Source: a virus (lineage: Duplodnaviria; Caudoviricetes). Taken from it: a stretch of DNA of 64,000 nt. A model generated the notes under the pieces. That model saw nothing but the letters and a program-made list of their open reading frames with translations. It was not told the DNA's origin and searched no databases. The translations under genes were made by a program, and so were the position numbers. The DNA lies in the IMG/VR virus record IMGVR_UViG_3300017766_004544, positions 18,230 to 82,229 of that record; one strand, written 5' to 3'. Of this stretch, positions 37,326-47,343 are shown piece after piece (the first letter of the stretch is position 1; each line of letters starts with the position of its first letter).

Positions 37326-37393
37326 GCGCTTAATCTACTTGTTTTTCACTATTCCCAGGGAGGTTGGCTGGATCCAGCAGCGGAATTCCCTGC

Positions 37394-37903
37394 CTACTTC
37401 TCGCTCTCCAGTTGCGCCCACACAGACTCGAACGCTGAATCCAGCGCCGTCGTGACGTCTTCGTTGTCCTTGAAGATCGTTCGCAGTTGGCGCATCACCG
37501 AATCAGCCCCGGCCAGGATCAAGCCCTTGCGATCGGTGGCACGCGTCATCTTGTCAATCTCGGATAGGTGCCCCCGCAGTTCCTTCGACAAGTGGGCGAT
37601 GCGGCTGGCGGCGGCATCCGGTTTGACCAGGTCCGCCTGGACCTGTTGCCGCAAGAAGTCCACGTCGGCCTCCAGCTTGCAGGCCTCGGCTAGCAGGAGC
37701 TCGCGCTTGTTCAGCTTGCGGTAGTGCTTGTTGACCCATCGCTCCAGGGCCGTGAAGCTGTCGCTGTAGCCAAGCACGCTGGCGTACACCCAGATCTCGT
37801 AAATCGAGTAGGTGTTCTCCGCATAGTTCAGAAAGCCTTCACGGCGATCGTCGTCTAGCGCTGCCAGGAAAAACGCTACCGGCCCCTCGCCCAGTGCTGC
37901 CAT
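37394..37903 (-). CDS. Terminase small subunit candidate
   Basis: Helical 169-aa protein directly upstream of terL (positional inference). Confidence 0.4.
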   Translation of the reverse strand: MAALGEGPVAFFLAALDDDRREGFLNYAENTYSIYEIWVYASVLGYSDSFTALERWVNKHYRKLNKRELLLAEACKLEADVDFLRQQVQADLVKPDAAASRIAHLSKELRGHLSEIDKMTRATDRKGLILAGADSVMRQLRTIFKDNEDVTTALDSAFESVWAQLESEK

Positions 37904-38601
37904 TAGCCGTAAAAACGTGCACCCTGTGAACGTATCGCGCCTCGGGCATCTGCGCGCATCTTTCTCTCCTCGAGCCCCTTTTGCCCCAGTGTTTCACGCT
38001 CCTGACGACCCTGCTCCTGAAGGCCCAGTCGCTGCTGCTCGCCCTGCGTGACATAGCCCAGGCGCGCCTGATTGCCAGTCTCCCGAATACCAGCGCGCTG
38101 CTCCTCCCCCTGCTGAGCGAGAGAGTCTCGAGCGATGCTGCCCTCGACGCCCAGCAGCTTCATCGTGTTGGCGGTTTTCAGGTTCTCCTGGCCGCTCTGG
38201 AAGTTGCCAAGCGAGCCGAGGAAGGCATCGTTATAGGCAATCGCCATGCCCGTATTGGCCTGGGTTTTGCCGATATCGAAGAGAGAACCAACGCCAAGTC
38301 CAGCCAGGGTTTCGTTGTTGCCGAACTTGCCCAGTAGATCCCCGATGATGCCCACCCCGGCGTTGACGTAACTGCCCCCTGGGGTCGCAGGACTGTATTG
38401 ATCGCCACCCCCTACCCGGCCTGGTGCGACCGCCGGTGCGCTACTGGTAGTAGGCGCCTGTGCGGGCTTGTTTTCTTTTGCGTACGCCTTGACTCGCTGA
38501 TACGCCTCCTGGGATTTGACCTGCTTTGGCTTCAGGTCCAGCGCCTTGGCTGCGGCTTTGTAATCAGCGTTGCCGCGAACTTTGCTTGCAAACGATGCCA
38601 T
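37903..38601 (-). CDS. Putative virion protein with 11-aa repeats
   Basis: QGEEQRAGIRE/TGNQARLGYVT/QGEQQRLGLQE/QGRQERETLGQ. Confidence 0.65.
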   Translation of the reverse strand: MASFASKVRGNADYKAAAKALDLKPKQVKSQEAYQRVKAYAKENKPAQAPTTSSAPAVAPGRVGGGDQYSPATPGGSYVNAGVGIIGDLLGKFGNNETLAGLGVGSLFDIGKTQANTGMAIAYNDAFLGSLGNFQSGQENLKTANTMKLLGVEGSIARDSLAQQGEEQRAGIRETGNQARLGYVTQGEQQRLGLQEQGRQERETLGQKGLEERKMRADARGAIRSQGARFYG

Positions 38602-38613
38602 GGTTCCTCCTGA

Positions 38614-39207
38614 TCAACCGAACAGAGATGCAGCAGCTAGGCCGAGGCTCCCCAGCAGTGCGCCGATATTGCTGAGGTTGGGGCGGCGGGCTTCGGCTTG
38701 CGCGGCCAGATTCTTGTCCTGAGTCTTCGCCAAGAACTCCAGAACATCTCGCCTGGCGCCCGCGTCTACGTGGTCTGCCAGATAACGCTCCTGCTCCAGG
38801 ACAGGGCCCAGCAGTTGAAGCTTGGCCTGGCTCTGCGCACCCAGTAGGTCTTTCTGGTTCTCCGTGCGTGCAGATTCCCTTTCAATCCCAAGCCGCTCCA
38901 GACGCTGCCTGATGTCCAGATCGCTGGTCGTGCCGGGGCCGCCACCGAGCTCCAGGCGCAGCTGGCCTTGCTGGCGCTGCTGCTTCAGCAGCAGGTTGTT
39001 CAGGCCCTCAAGGCGCCGGCGATGATCCTCCGGGGTCTCACCCTGCTTGGGATTCAGCTCGGCACGCAGGCTTGCATCCAGTCGCGCATTCTCGAGCTTC
39101 TTCTGCTTGTCCTCCGCGCTGCCAGGCACCGGCAGGCCGGTGAAAAGCTTGAAAGCGGTGTTGTAAGCGCTAGTTTGAAACCCGTCTAGCAGATTAGAGG
39201 CAGCCAT
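38614..39207 (-). CDS. Putative virion protein
   Basis: Coiled coil plus hydrophobic C-terminus. Confidence 0.6.
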   Translation of the reverse strand: MAASNLLDGFQTSAYNTAFKLFTGLPVPGSAEDKQKKLENARLDASLRAELNPKQGETPEDHRRRLEGLNNLLLKQQRQQGQLRLELGGGPGTTSDLDIRQRLERLGIERESARTENQKDLLGAQSQAKLQLLGPVLEQERYLADHVDAGARRDVLEFLAKTQDKNLAAQAEARRPNLSNIGALLGSLGLAAASLFG

Positions 39208-39253
39208 CGCTACTCCCGAGGGAGCCTTACTTGCCCCATCCTAGAGAATCTCC

Positions 39254-39676
39254 TCAGCCCAATCCCTTGAGTGCCTCGGATACGAAACTATTGCTTCTCA
39301 GCAAGTTCGATCCCCTGCGGTTGCGCTCTGCTTGGCTGAAGTCGCCGAGAGCATTCAGGAGCGCGAGCGGATCCCCTGCCTGAACGCCAACTGCAGCACT
39401 GCTCGGAAGTGACATTGCCAGGAGCTCACCCGCCATTCGCATGGCCCCAGAGCGCCGATTCGCGGCCCTGACCAGCGCATTCTCGGCCGCAGTCGCCTCC
39501 AGGTTCTGCCGAAGCCGCTCGTTTGCGCCCACTTCACGCAGGGCAGCCGCAGCCAGTTCAGCTTGCGATGCAGCCTTCTCCCCGGGGATCTTCCCCAGTG
39601 CCTGTGTCCCGATGTTGCTTAGGACGTTCCCAAAGCCAGGGATCAGTGCTAATTCTTCGAGGTTGACGGATGCCAT
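39254..39676 (-). CDS. Putative virion protein
   Basis: ATG 1 nt after the upstream stop. Confidence 0.55.
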   Translation of the reverse strand: MASVNLEELALIPGFGNVLSNIGTQALGKIPGEKAASQAELAAAALREVGANERLRQNLEATAAENALVRAANRRSGAMRMAGELLAMSLPSSAAVGVQAGDPLALLNALGDFSQAERNRRGSNLLRSNSFVSEALKGLG

Positions 39677-39677
39677 C

Positions 39678-40424
39678 TCAGGCCATGCCTCCAAGGATGG
39701 CGTTGGTCATGGCTAGCTGCTGCTGGGCTCCGGACTGCTGCTGGGCAAGCAGGCCCTCCGCCATGGCGCGTTGCAGCATCTGCTCGGCGGCAATGCCAGA
39801 GAGCATCTTCTGGCGAGCTTCCTCGTTGCGGAGTGCCACCTGGGCGGCCTGATCCTGGAGCGGCATCAAGATCCGGGCCCGCTCAGCTTCTGCCTCTGCC
39901 GCGGCTCGTGCCTGCTTCTGCATGTTGCGGATAGCCCGGTCTTCGGGGGAACCCTCGGCGAGGTCGGCCGCAAGCGTGGCCAGGCTCTTACCAGCGCCGC
40001 CACCCAGTGCATTGCCGATGGCGGCGCCGACAAGCCCACCCAGCGGATTACCTGCGGTGAGAAGGGTGCCCAGGACTGCCCCGCCTGCTCCGCCACCCAA
40101 TCCGCCCAAGGCACTACCACTGGCCTGCGCGATATTGCGGCCCGCGGACTCCGTGGGGTCATTCAGCTCGCTAGCAGCAGACAGGAGCGTGAGGATGGAC
40201 CCCAGCCCAGCAACCCGTCCCATGCGCAGCCTGCCGTCTTTGGCAAGGCCCATGGCTTCCAGAGGCTTGTCGGCGGCCATCCGAAAGCGATCGCCAAAGG
40301 GAACCTTGTACGGAATCGCCTCAGCCAGGAGAGGCGTCACATCAGCAGAGGGCGCCGGTTGAGGCTCCCTACTGCCGGGGACGTTCAGGTAAGCGCGGGT
40401 GTAACTATCCATCCCCTGCCACAA
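39678..40424 (-). CDS. Putative internal / ejection protein
   Basis: Gly-rich hydrophobic GGLGGGAGGAVLG segment plus coiled coil; TAGAAT 14 nt upstream. Confidence 0.6.
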   Translation of the reverse strand: MWQGMDSYTRAYLNVPGSREPQPAPSADVTPLLAEAIPYKVPFGDRFRMAADKPLEAMGLAKDGRLRMGRVAGLGSILTLLSAASELNDPTESAGRNIAQASGSALGGLGGGAGGAVLGTLLTAGNPLGGLVGAAIGNALGGGAGKSLATLAADLAEGSPEDRAIRNMQKQARAAAEAEAERARILMPLQDQAAQVALRNEEARQKMLSGIAAEQMLQRAMAEGLLAQQQSGAQQQLAMTNAILGGMA

Positions 40425-40467
40425 GGGTTTCTACTTTGATTCTAAGTAGATCGCAGTGTTCGCTTCC

Positions 40468-40770
40468 CTAGATAAACAAGCCGGGATTCCCAGCGGCGGC
40501 GCCGCCTACTTTGCCTACGAGGGTCAGGATCTCTCCCAGGGGATTCTTGGCTGCATCAGCCCGGATCTGAGCGGCCTCAACCTGTGAATCAGCCAGATAC
40601 TTCTGAGCGCGCAGGTGGGCTTGAGAGGCCAGGCTATTACCCACCAGCTGCGCACTGGTGTCGTACTTCTTTGCAGCTACGCCACCCAGCGCGTCGGCAC
40701 CTTCCCGGGATGGCTCGAAGCCGCCCTCCAAGCCATCCATCCCAGAGAAAGATCCGAATGCCATCGTCAA
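40468..40770 (-). CDS. Putative internal virion protein
   Basis: A/G-rich, coupled to the upstream gene. Confidence 0.55.
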   Translation of the reverse strand: MTMAFGSFSGMDGLEGGFEPSREGADALGGVAAKKYDTSAQLVGNSLASQAHLRAQKYLADSQVEAAQIRADAAKNPLGEILTLVGKVGGAAAGNPGLFI

Positions 40771-42101
40771 CTCACCGCAGGTAGAGAAGGCAGCTCCTCC
40801 AACGGCTCTTCAACGGGTGCTTTCCCTTTGAGAGCCCGACGAATCGATTCTAAGGTGTGCCCCGCAATCGCAGTTCCGCCCATGCCCAGACTGCTGTAGA
40901 GAATCGTCTGCAGCGCAACTTCTCGCTCATTCTTCATCTGCAGGTCTTCGTAGCGGTTGTACGCATCTGCGATGTCTGCCGGTCCAATATCCGAATCCGG
41001 GTTGCCCGCTTCTCGCTTCATTTCGACCCATGTCTCCCGAAGGCCTGCGGCTTCCTGCAGGTCTCCTTTCCCGGCCAGTCGTGCTCCAGCCTTGCGGGCA
41101 CCGACGCGGCCGCCAATCACCGCTGCCACTGCAGGCAGGATGCCGGTGGCGAGCGGGATGCTCTTGCCCAGGAAGGTCACCTCGGGCCCATGGATTCCCT
41201 CCGCTGTGGCCTTCAGTGGTAATGCATTACCGAACAGATACGACTTGTACGCTTCGTACTCACCCTTGGTGACGTCGGGCCGCTCCTTGACGAATTCCTC
41301 GTACGGCAAGAGTGCGCCACTCCGGCCCAGGAAATAGCGCGAGCCCATCTCGGCCAGGGGATCCGCAGTCTGCGTTGGATCCATTTCACTCGGCACCACT
41401 GCCTTGAAGCCGGGCTGCCGGTACGCATTGCCAACGGCCATCGACACGCCGATCAGCGCAGGCAGGGTGGTCGCCATCCGCACTGTGCGGTTCTTGATCA
41501 GGGGAGCCTGGCGCCCGAGGGCCTGGTACTCCTGCGCCGCGTTCTGCGTGCCCTGCAGTATGGCCAGCTGCGTCAATGCCTGCGGGGCATTCAGGAACCA
41601 CCAGATGTTGCGCAGGCCATCGGATGCCAGGTCTGCCAGCCCGACCCCTGCGGCTTGAGTGGCGGCGGCCCTGAAGCTGTCACCGGTCGGCACCTCGCCA
41701 CCGGGCACAGGGAACTTGCCGACGCGAACCGTGTTGCGCTGGACCTCCGGATCGCCCTCCATTCCGAGTGAGGGGTTCCCATCTCGGTAAGCATCCAGGC
41801 GCTGGATTTCCTCCTCGCTGATACCGCCGAGAGGTACAGAGCCGATGGCCGCTCGCGCTTTCCTGGCATCCTCCGGCAGCATGCCCACAAGCTTCTGCCC
41901 GACCTGTGTAGCGGCGAGATTCTCCGGCAGGCGCTGGCGGGCGTAATTCAGGAGCTGCGAGCCCTGGAGCATCTGCTCAACAGGCGTGCCCTCGTACTCA
42001 TCGCCCAGTCGTCGGCGGATCTGAGCTTGGGCCGTGCCGGGCAGGGCTACAGCAGATCGCTCCAGCCCGTACAGCAGTGCATCGCGCGAGAACTCAGCCA
42101 T
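40767..42101 (-). CDS. Putative virion protein with hydrophobic segments
   Basis: 444 aa in the structural run. Confidence 0.65.
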   Translation of the reverse strand: MAEFSRDALLYGLERSAVALPGTAQAQIRRRLGDEYEGTPVEQMLQGSQLLNYARQRLPENLAATQVGQKLVGMLPEDARKARAAIGSVPLGGISEEEIQRLDAYRDGNPSLGMEGDPEVQRNTVRVGKFPVPGGEVPTGDSFRAAATQAAGVGLADLASDGLRNIWWFLNAPQALTQLAILQGTQNAAQEYQALGRQAPLIKNRTVRMATTLPALIGVSMAVGNAYRQPGFKAVVPSEMDPTQTADPLAEMGSRYFLGRSGALLPYEEFVKERPDVTKGEYEAYKSYLFGNALPLKATAEGIHGPEVTFLGKSIPLATGILPAVAAVIGGRVGARKAGARLAGKGDLQEAAGLRETWVEMKREAGNPDSDIGPADIADAYNRYEDLQMKNEREVALQTILYSSLGMGGTAIAGHTLESIRRALKGKAPVEEPLEELPSLPAVS

Positions 42102-42610
42102 CAGGTCAACAACGCTCCCCCACCGGTCAACAGGGAATTAAGCAGCGCTTCTTGCATCAGCCGCTCCTCTTCCTGGGCCAGCAGCTGCTCCTGCTCCTGC
42201 TTGCTTTGCCCTTCCATCGCGCGCTCGTACACGCCTGTGGCAATGGGCCTCGGCGCAAACATCGGCAGGGGCGCGGCAAGAATGTCGCCAGCGGTCATCG
42301 CATGGGACAGCTTCTGGGCGCGCTCGGCTGGATCCTTGAGGTACTTGCTCGCGGGGTACAGGGCCTCGCCTACGCCTCGACCAGCCGCACTACCCAGGAC
42401 TGAGCTGCCGGCACCGATCAGCATGTCTTCTGCAGCCAGAGCAATCCGATCGCTCAGCGGGGTCCCCTCCGGGGCCATGCCTGCACTGATCAGCGCGAAA
42501 CCTGCCTCGGGACCCAGTCGCAGGGCCAGCTCGCCTTTGCTTTGCGGAAGGATGTCCTTGAGCAGGTCGCCGAGCTTCGCCAGACCCATGGCCATGCGCG
42601 AGTTAGCCAT
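42101..42610 (-). CDS. Putative virion protein
   Basis: Stop/start overlaps on both sides. Confidence 0.6.
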   Translation of the reverse strand: MANSRMAMGLAKLGDLLKDILPQSKGELALRLGPEAGFALISAGMAPEGTPLSDRIALAAEDMLIGAGSSVLGSAAGRGVGEALYPASKYLKDPAERAQKLSHAMTAGDILAAPLPMFAPRPIATGVYERAMEGQSKQEQEQLLAQEEERLMQEALLNSLLTGGGALLT

Positions 42611-42888
42611 TACGCCATCCCTCCTTCTTCCGGTGAAGCGGGACCGAAAGGACCGCTAGACCAATAGCCAGTCCAATCCTTGTAGTACCCCCTCATATTC
42701 GGGTCTTTGGTACTGGATCCGAAGTCGCCGACCATCCCAATGTTGTCCTTGAGCTCTTTCCCGGCAAAGCGAATCGGAGTGCCGGCCTCGTAGCCGAAGG
42801 TGACCGGAGCTTCAGACCGGGTCAGCTTATTTTCCACCCCTTGCCCCAAGGCGGTGACGATATCCTTGCCGTCGTATCTGAACGCCAC
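42610..42888 (-). CDS. Hypothetical protein
   Basis: TAGACT 24 nt upstream. Confidence 0.55.
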   Translation of the reverse strand: MAFRYDGKDIVTALGQGVENKLTRSEAPVTFGYEAGTPIRFAGKELKDNIGMVGDFGSSTKDPNMRGYYKDWTGYWSSGPFGPASPEEGGMA

Positions 42889-42924
42889 AGAGCAGTCGTA
42901 CCGATACGGCTCAGTCTAACGACG

Positions 42925-43164
42925 CTATTTAGCGATCACATTCCGGTAGAAGTTTGCTTTCTTCACCATCTTGTCCGAGTAGTCCTTAGGGCTGCTCAAG
43001 ACTTTGTCGGCGAACTCCTTGCGGCCCTCGGGACTGTCCGCATGGCCAGCCTTGGTTGCGGCCGCACTGAATGTCCCACCTGTGCCGCCCTTGCCGGCAG
43101 GCTTACTCATTTTCTGAAAGGCCGTCGCGAGGCTTCGGGCCTTTTCACGTTTCCCTTCGCTCAT
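42925..43164 (-). CDS. Small basic protein
   Basis: GTFSAAATKAG...FADKVL...KKANFYRN; coupled to the upstream gene. Confidence 0.55.
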   Translation of the reverse strand: MSEGKREKARSLATAFQKMSKPAGKGGTGGTFSAAATKAGHADSPEGRKEFADKVLSSPKDYSDKMVKKANFYRNVIAK

Positions 43165-45494
43165 CCCCGCCGGCCGAAGTTTGCAACGAAGCGATCAGCG
43201 ATCCCACCGGTGTATCCCTGGCGGCGGAGCTGCAGTCGCTCGATGCCAGCCTGGCGCTCCATTGCCTCGGGGTCCGTCGCTGGGGAAGCCGGTGCATTGA
43301 GCATCGAGCTGGTCACTGTGTTGGTTGCGGCGGCTACGGGTGCGGCAGACGCAGCCTCAGCGGTGGCCTGAGCCTCATAGCGCTGCGACTCGCGCTGAGC
43401 AGAGAGGCGTCCAGCCAGGAGAGCCATGGCTTTTTCCTGCGCGGGCGAGCCAACACTGGCTCCGAGACCCTCGGCCATCATGTTGTAGCCGCGCTGGCCA
43501 CGAACGTGACGCCCTGTGCCGCTGATCGACTCGAAGTCGTTCTGATATTTGCGGCGAATTTGCTGAGGGCCGGGCGTCGTCTCGACAGGCGCGCGCTTGC
43601 CAGTCAGCTCCAGCAGCGTGGCCATGGGGTCACGGGCGGGAGTCTCCTTCACGGGACCCACCGTGGTGCCGTAAGCGTTGGTACCACTGCTGCGGCCCGG
43701 CGCCGAACTCCGGCGAGCAACGTCGGCCAGGTACAGACCCTGGCTCACATCACCCGTGAGAGCAATGGCGGCCCGATCCAGCACGTCAACAGGCCCAGCG
43801 GGGGCGGATTTGACAGATACACCACCCGGAGCATCCCCAAAGTCGCCATAGCGGCCCTGCGGCAGAGCGCCTGCTGCATCCGAATCACCGCCCTCGAAGC
43901 CAAACAGCTCACCGGCCGCAGCCTCGACGCCCTGACCACTGCTGTTGCCCTGGATTTGGCGAATCAGATCCAGGATTGAGCCTTCTCCGCGCTGCACGGA
44001 GGCCAAATCACTGCCCAATTCACCGATTGAGGCCTCGGAGAAGAGGTCCACTTCGCGCCCACCGCGCAGTTCTGACACCGCCTGACCCAGCAGGGTGCGC
44101 GCGTTGGTACCAGGGGCGAACAGGGGGCGTCCATCGTCCGATTTCAGCGCCAAAAGCGCCTCGCGATCCACGGGAATCGCCTGGGTGGTGCCTGGTTTTT
44201 GGCCAGGAACCTCCAACTCGCCGGTGATCAGCGCTTTGGCGAGCAACTTGTACGAGGACGCTGCCTCGTCGGGCTCCTGCATGAAGGATCCGCCAGCCAG
44301 TTCACGCAGAAAACCCTCAAATTTCGGGCTTTGGAACGTCTTTTCGGCGTACGTGCGGTCCCACTGGTTACCCAGGACCGGCGCAGGGCCGTACTGGCCG
44401 TCTGCCGTGACCCCCAGCGTCGGGGCGATCTGCTCGCGAATCGCGGTGCTGTCGCGGTTATAGGGGCCGCCGACACGGAAATACTGCTCCAGCTCGGTAA
44501 CTACCTTGCGCAATGGGTCTTTCGGGTCGGGGCGGGTCACCTCCGTGACCTTGCGATCGCCTTCTGCATCGGTGACGGCGTAAACAGGCACCTCGCCATC
44601 CGAGCCCGGTGGGCGCATGTAGCCAACCAAGTTCCGGTCTCGCTCGCCAGCCGGGAGCGAACGCGCGCGACCAGCGGAACGGGCAGCCTCCAGGGCGCTA
44701 GCCGTGATCACTGGCGTGCGCTCTTCGTTCATGGCCTCTTTAACGAGGTCGCCAATAGTGATGGGTCGTTCGCGCTGGAATGACGCGGTGTTGTCCGACT
44801 CGCCAGTGAACGAGCCGTCACGTCCCTTGCGGCGGTTCAGGACTTCGGAGTCGACAACCTGCGAGGGGTCGATTCGTACGGTTGCCGGGCGGAACCCTTG
44901 GGCTGTTTCGGTCGTCCAGCTGCCACTACGGCCGCCCGCTCGTGCCACGCGAGCCGGAACTTCGACGTTGTAGTACGGGTTGATGTCCGCGGAGATCTGC
45001 TTGCGCGGCGCGTATTCAGTCGGGTCCTCGGAAGTAAACGTCCCCTTCTCCTCATTAGCGCTCACGGATTCGTCGACCGTGCGTGCGCTAATCGGTTCCT
45101 CGCCCAGGAGGGCATTCGCAGCCGCCTCGAGGTCGGAGATTTCCGCGTCGCGCACTACGCCCCCGCGGTTGCCGAGAACGCGCTGCAGGAGAGCCTCTGC
45201 TTTTGTGGCAGCGCGATCGGCTTCCCGAGCCGGGCCAGGGCGCTCGGTGTCAGCCCAATTGCTCAAGCGCTTCAGGCGGTCCAAGCTGTCCAGGCGAGAT
45301 TCGGGCCGGTAACCAGCACGGCGCCCGTCCTCGTCGGTGTACGACGTGCCAGCGATCAGCGTCTCGTAGCCGCGCGGGGTGACGTAGTAATTATTTGGCT
45401 CGTTGGGTGCAGGCAAACCCACGATATTTGCGGGTTGTGGTGTTTCCAACCCAACCAGCTGACGATATAAATCAGCGGGGTCCCGAGGTGCCAT
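43161..45494 (-). CDS. Large hypothetical protein, first gene of the minus-strand region
   Basis: 777 aa; TAGACT 30 nt upstream. Confidence 0.65.
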   Translation of the reverse strand: MAPRDPADLYRQLVGLETPQPANIVGLPAPNEPNNYYVTPRGYETLIAGTSYTDEDGRRAGYRPESRLDSLDRLKRLSNWADTERPGPAREADRAATKAEALLQRVLGNRGGVVRDAEISDLEAAANALLGEEPISARTVDESVSANEEKGTFTSEDPTEYAPRKQISADINPYYNVEVPARVARAGGRSGSWTTETAQGFRPATVRIDPSQVVDSEVLNRRKGRDGSFTGESDNTASFQRERPITIGDLVKEAMNEERTPVITASALEAARSAGRARSLPAGERDRNLVGYMRPPGSDGEVPVYAVTDAEGDRKVTEVTRPDPKDPLRKVVTELEQYFRVGGPYNRDSTAIREQIAPTLGVTADGQYGPAPVLGNQWDRTYAEKTFQSPKFEGFLRELAGGSFMQEPDEAASSYKLLAKALITGELEVPGQKPGTTQAIPVDREALLALKSDDGRPLFAPGTNARTLLGQAVSELRGGREVDLFSEASIGELGSDLASVQRGEGSILDLIRQIQGNSSGQGVEAAAGELFGFEGGDSDAAGALPQGRYGDFGDAPGGVSVKSAPAGPVDVLDRAAIALTGDVSQGLYLADVARRSSAPGRSSGTNAYGTTVGPVKETPARDPMATLLELTGKRAPVETTPGPQQIRRKYQNDFESISGTGRHVRGQRGYNMMAEGLGASVGSPAQEKAMALLAGRLSAQRESQRYEAQATAEAASAAPVAAATNTVTSSMLNAPASPATDPEAMERQAGIERLQLRRQGYTGGIADRFVANFGRRG

Positions 45495-45530
45495 ACCGCA
45501 AGCCGGTATTCAGTACGTCAGACAAGTCTA

Positions 45531-46300
45531 TCGAGACTCATGCGTCGCACCCGCGCGGGATGTGTTTTCCGTGCCGTGTAAAACGCCAAAATTTCACACG
45601 AGGAAGCGTCGCGCTAAAGCAAGGCCGCTCCCCTGGAGAGCTCTAATTTTTTGCTGCGCCGCGCGGTGCACATCAAACACCCCCGTCAGGTTGCGTCTGC
45701 GCCCAAACAAAAAAAAGAAGTAGACGCGCGCGCCCTTGTAGTAGCAGAAGCGAGCAGCAGCAAGCGAACGCAGGGCAACGGTACAGCAACGGTACATATG
45801 AACAACCGCTGCTTACAGTTGCACACTCAAATGCAACGCGCTCTACCGCTTCCACACGCGCACGCTTCTTAAGCTTTCACACGCAACTGCACATGCAATC
45901 GCTTGCTATACAACAGCACGCGCATCTGACACGCTACGCACGCACGCGTAACTACGAGCCTCGCGCTCTCCCGTGCCCCCGCTCGCTCTCTCACTCTCGG
46001 CGCCAAACTCAATGCCCACCGTGGGTTTGAGGGGTGCGCTGCTCTCTTCGTGCTCCTATTCTAACGCGTTACGGTGTTGACCAATGCTTCTATTGTGCTC
46101 TCTGTTTTACTCTCCGCACATTCTCCACGACTCCACTCTCGCTCCGCTGGAGGTTGCTCACCACGACACGCTCCACCCCGCGTCTGCTCTGCCACCAGCG
46201 CTTCTACACGCTCGCGTCGCGCCGTGCTTGGACCCTGCCCCGCTGTTAAATCACGCCAAGGGTACACGCCGCGCGCGTTAACGGGGGTGGGTTCAGGAGT
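45531..46300. other. Non-coding divergence region with strong compositional skew
   Basis: No credible ORF; A/C-rich then C/T-rich halves; tandem GCAACGGTACA x2 at 45775-45796. Confidence 0.65.
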
Positions 46301-46311
46301 GTGATCCTCAA

Positions 46312-46343
46312 CAGCAGTGCATACGCGCTGCCTGACTCCGATG
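46312..46343 (+). promoter_or_regulatory. Early cassette R1 (motif part only)
   Basis: CAGCAGTGCATACGCGCTGCCTGACTCCG-ATG. Confidence 0.75.
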
Positions 46344-46520
46344 ACACGCGCTCTCCTCGCATTCCTCATCGCCACCCCGGTTCTCGTCATCACCGGCATC
46401 CACTCGGCAGTCGCTCAGCTCGACACCGCCACCCGCACCCAATGCGCCCAGCAGCATTGGCCCGTCCACCAGCACGCCGCCCACCTCGAGTTCTGCCGGA
46501 CCTATCTGGCAACTCGTTAA
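46341..46520 (+). CDS. Small protein with hydrophobic N-terminus
   Basis: MTRALLAFLIATPVLVITG...; directly after R1. Confidence 0.5.
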   Translation: MTRALLAFLIATPVLVITGIHSAVAQLDTATRTQCAQQHWPVHQHAAHLEFCRTYLATR

Positions 46521-46539
46521 CTTCTCCTTGTGGGTTCCA

Positions 46540-46619
46540 GCCCTCACTCCGCTTGCCCGGGGTGGGGGCTTTTCTATTGACCTCCAACAGCAGTGCATTG
46601 GCGCTGCCTCACTCCGATG
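46540..46619 (+). promoter_or_regulatory. Early cassette R2 (12-bp hairpin, T tract, motif)
   Basis: GCCCTCACTCCG/CGGGGTGGGGGC, 18 nt, CAGCAGTGCAT at 46588. Confidence 0.85.
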
Positions 46620-46814
46620 ACCATTCCCACATGGTTCGGCTACGCCCTCGGCTCCCTCGGTGGACTCGCCCTCGGCTGCCTCATTTATGGCGGCATTGGC
46701 TATCTGCTCTTCGGCGCCCATGGCCTCATTGGCGGCGCCGGTATCGCAGTCGGCTTCGCTCTCTACGGCCTCACCCTCATCAACCCCGTCAAGACACCAC
46801 ACCTCTTTCGCTAA
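46617..46814 (+). CDS. Small two-helix membrane protein
   Basis: Gly-rich hydrophobic sequence after R2. Confidence 0.55.
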   Translation: MTIPTWFGYALGSLGGLALGCLIYGGIGYLLFGAHGLIGGAGIAVGFALYGLTLINPVKTPHLFR

Positions 46815-46824
46815 CCACGCCCTC

Positions 46825-46897
46825 GCCCTCACTCCGCTCACCCGGGGTGGGGGCTTTTTTATTGCCCTCTTTCAGCAGTGCATTCGCGCTACCTGAC
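46825..46897 (+). promoter_or_regulatory. Early cassette R3
   Basis: Same hairpin arms as R2, 18 nt, CAGCAGTGCAT at 46873. Confidence 0.85.
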
Positions 46898-46941
46898 TGA
46901 CGGCACGTGGTTCTTTCGCCCCGGGATCCCCGGTTACCACC

Positions 46942-47214
46942 ATGACGGAAGGCAAGCTCTACCGTCTCAGCCAGCAACTTCGCCTCCTGGCGCGCGCTGG
47001 CGTCACGCTCACCGACGACGGCCGCAAGCTCCACGGCGAGATCTCCCAGGAGGTCGAAGTCGCACGCGAGCACCTCAACGCCATGATCGACCAGATCATG
47101 GACGGCCACCCGCTCGGTGATCTCCAGCGCCGGCACGTCGCCTGGTGCCAGGAGCTCGCCAACCTCAATCGGCCGGCAATACACCAGCTCGAGCTGGACG
47201 TTTGCCCCTTCTGA
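46942..47214 (+). CDS. Hypothetical protein
   Basis: Between R3 and R4. Confidence 0.55.
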   Translation: MTEGKLYRLSQQLRLLARAGVTLTDDGRKLHGEISQEVEVAREHLNAMIDQIMDGHPLGDLQRRHVAWCQELANLNRPAIHQLELDVCPF

Positions 47215-47230
47215 GCTCGAGCACACACAC

Positions 47231-47301
47231 GCCCTCACTCGCTTTTGCGGGTGGGGGCTTTTTTATTGCCTCCTTTCAGCAGTGCATTGACGCTGCCTGA
47301 C
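47231..47301 (+). promoter_or_regulatory. Early cassette R4
   Basis: Hairpin with compensatory CGC/GCG change, 18 nt, CAGCAGTGCAT at 47277. Confidence 0.85.
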
Positions 47302-47343
47302 ATGAGGCGTGGTTCTTTCGCACCGGCACCGCCGGCACCACCC

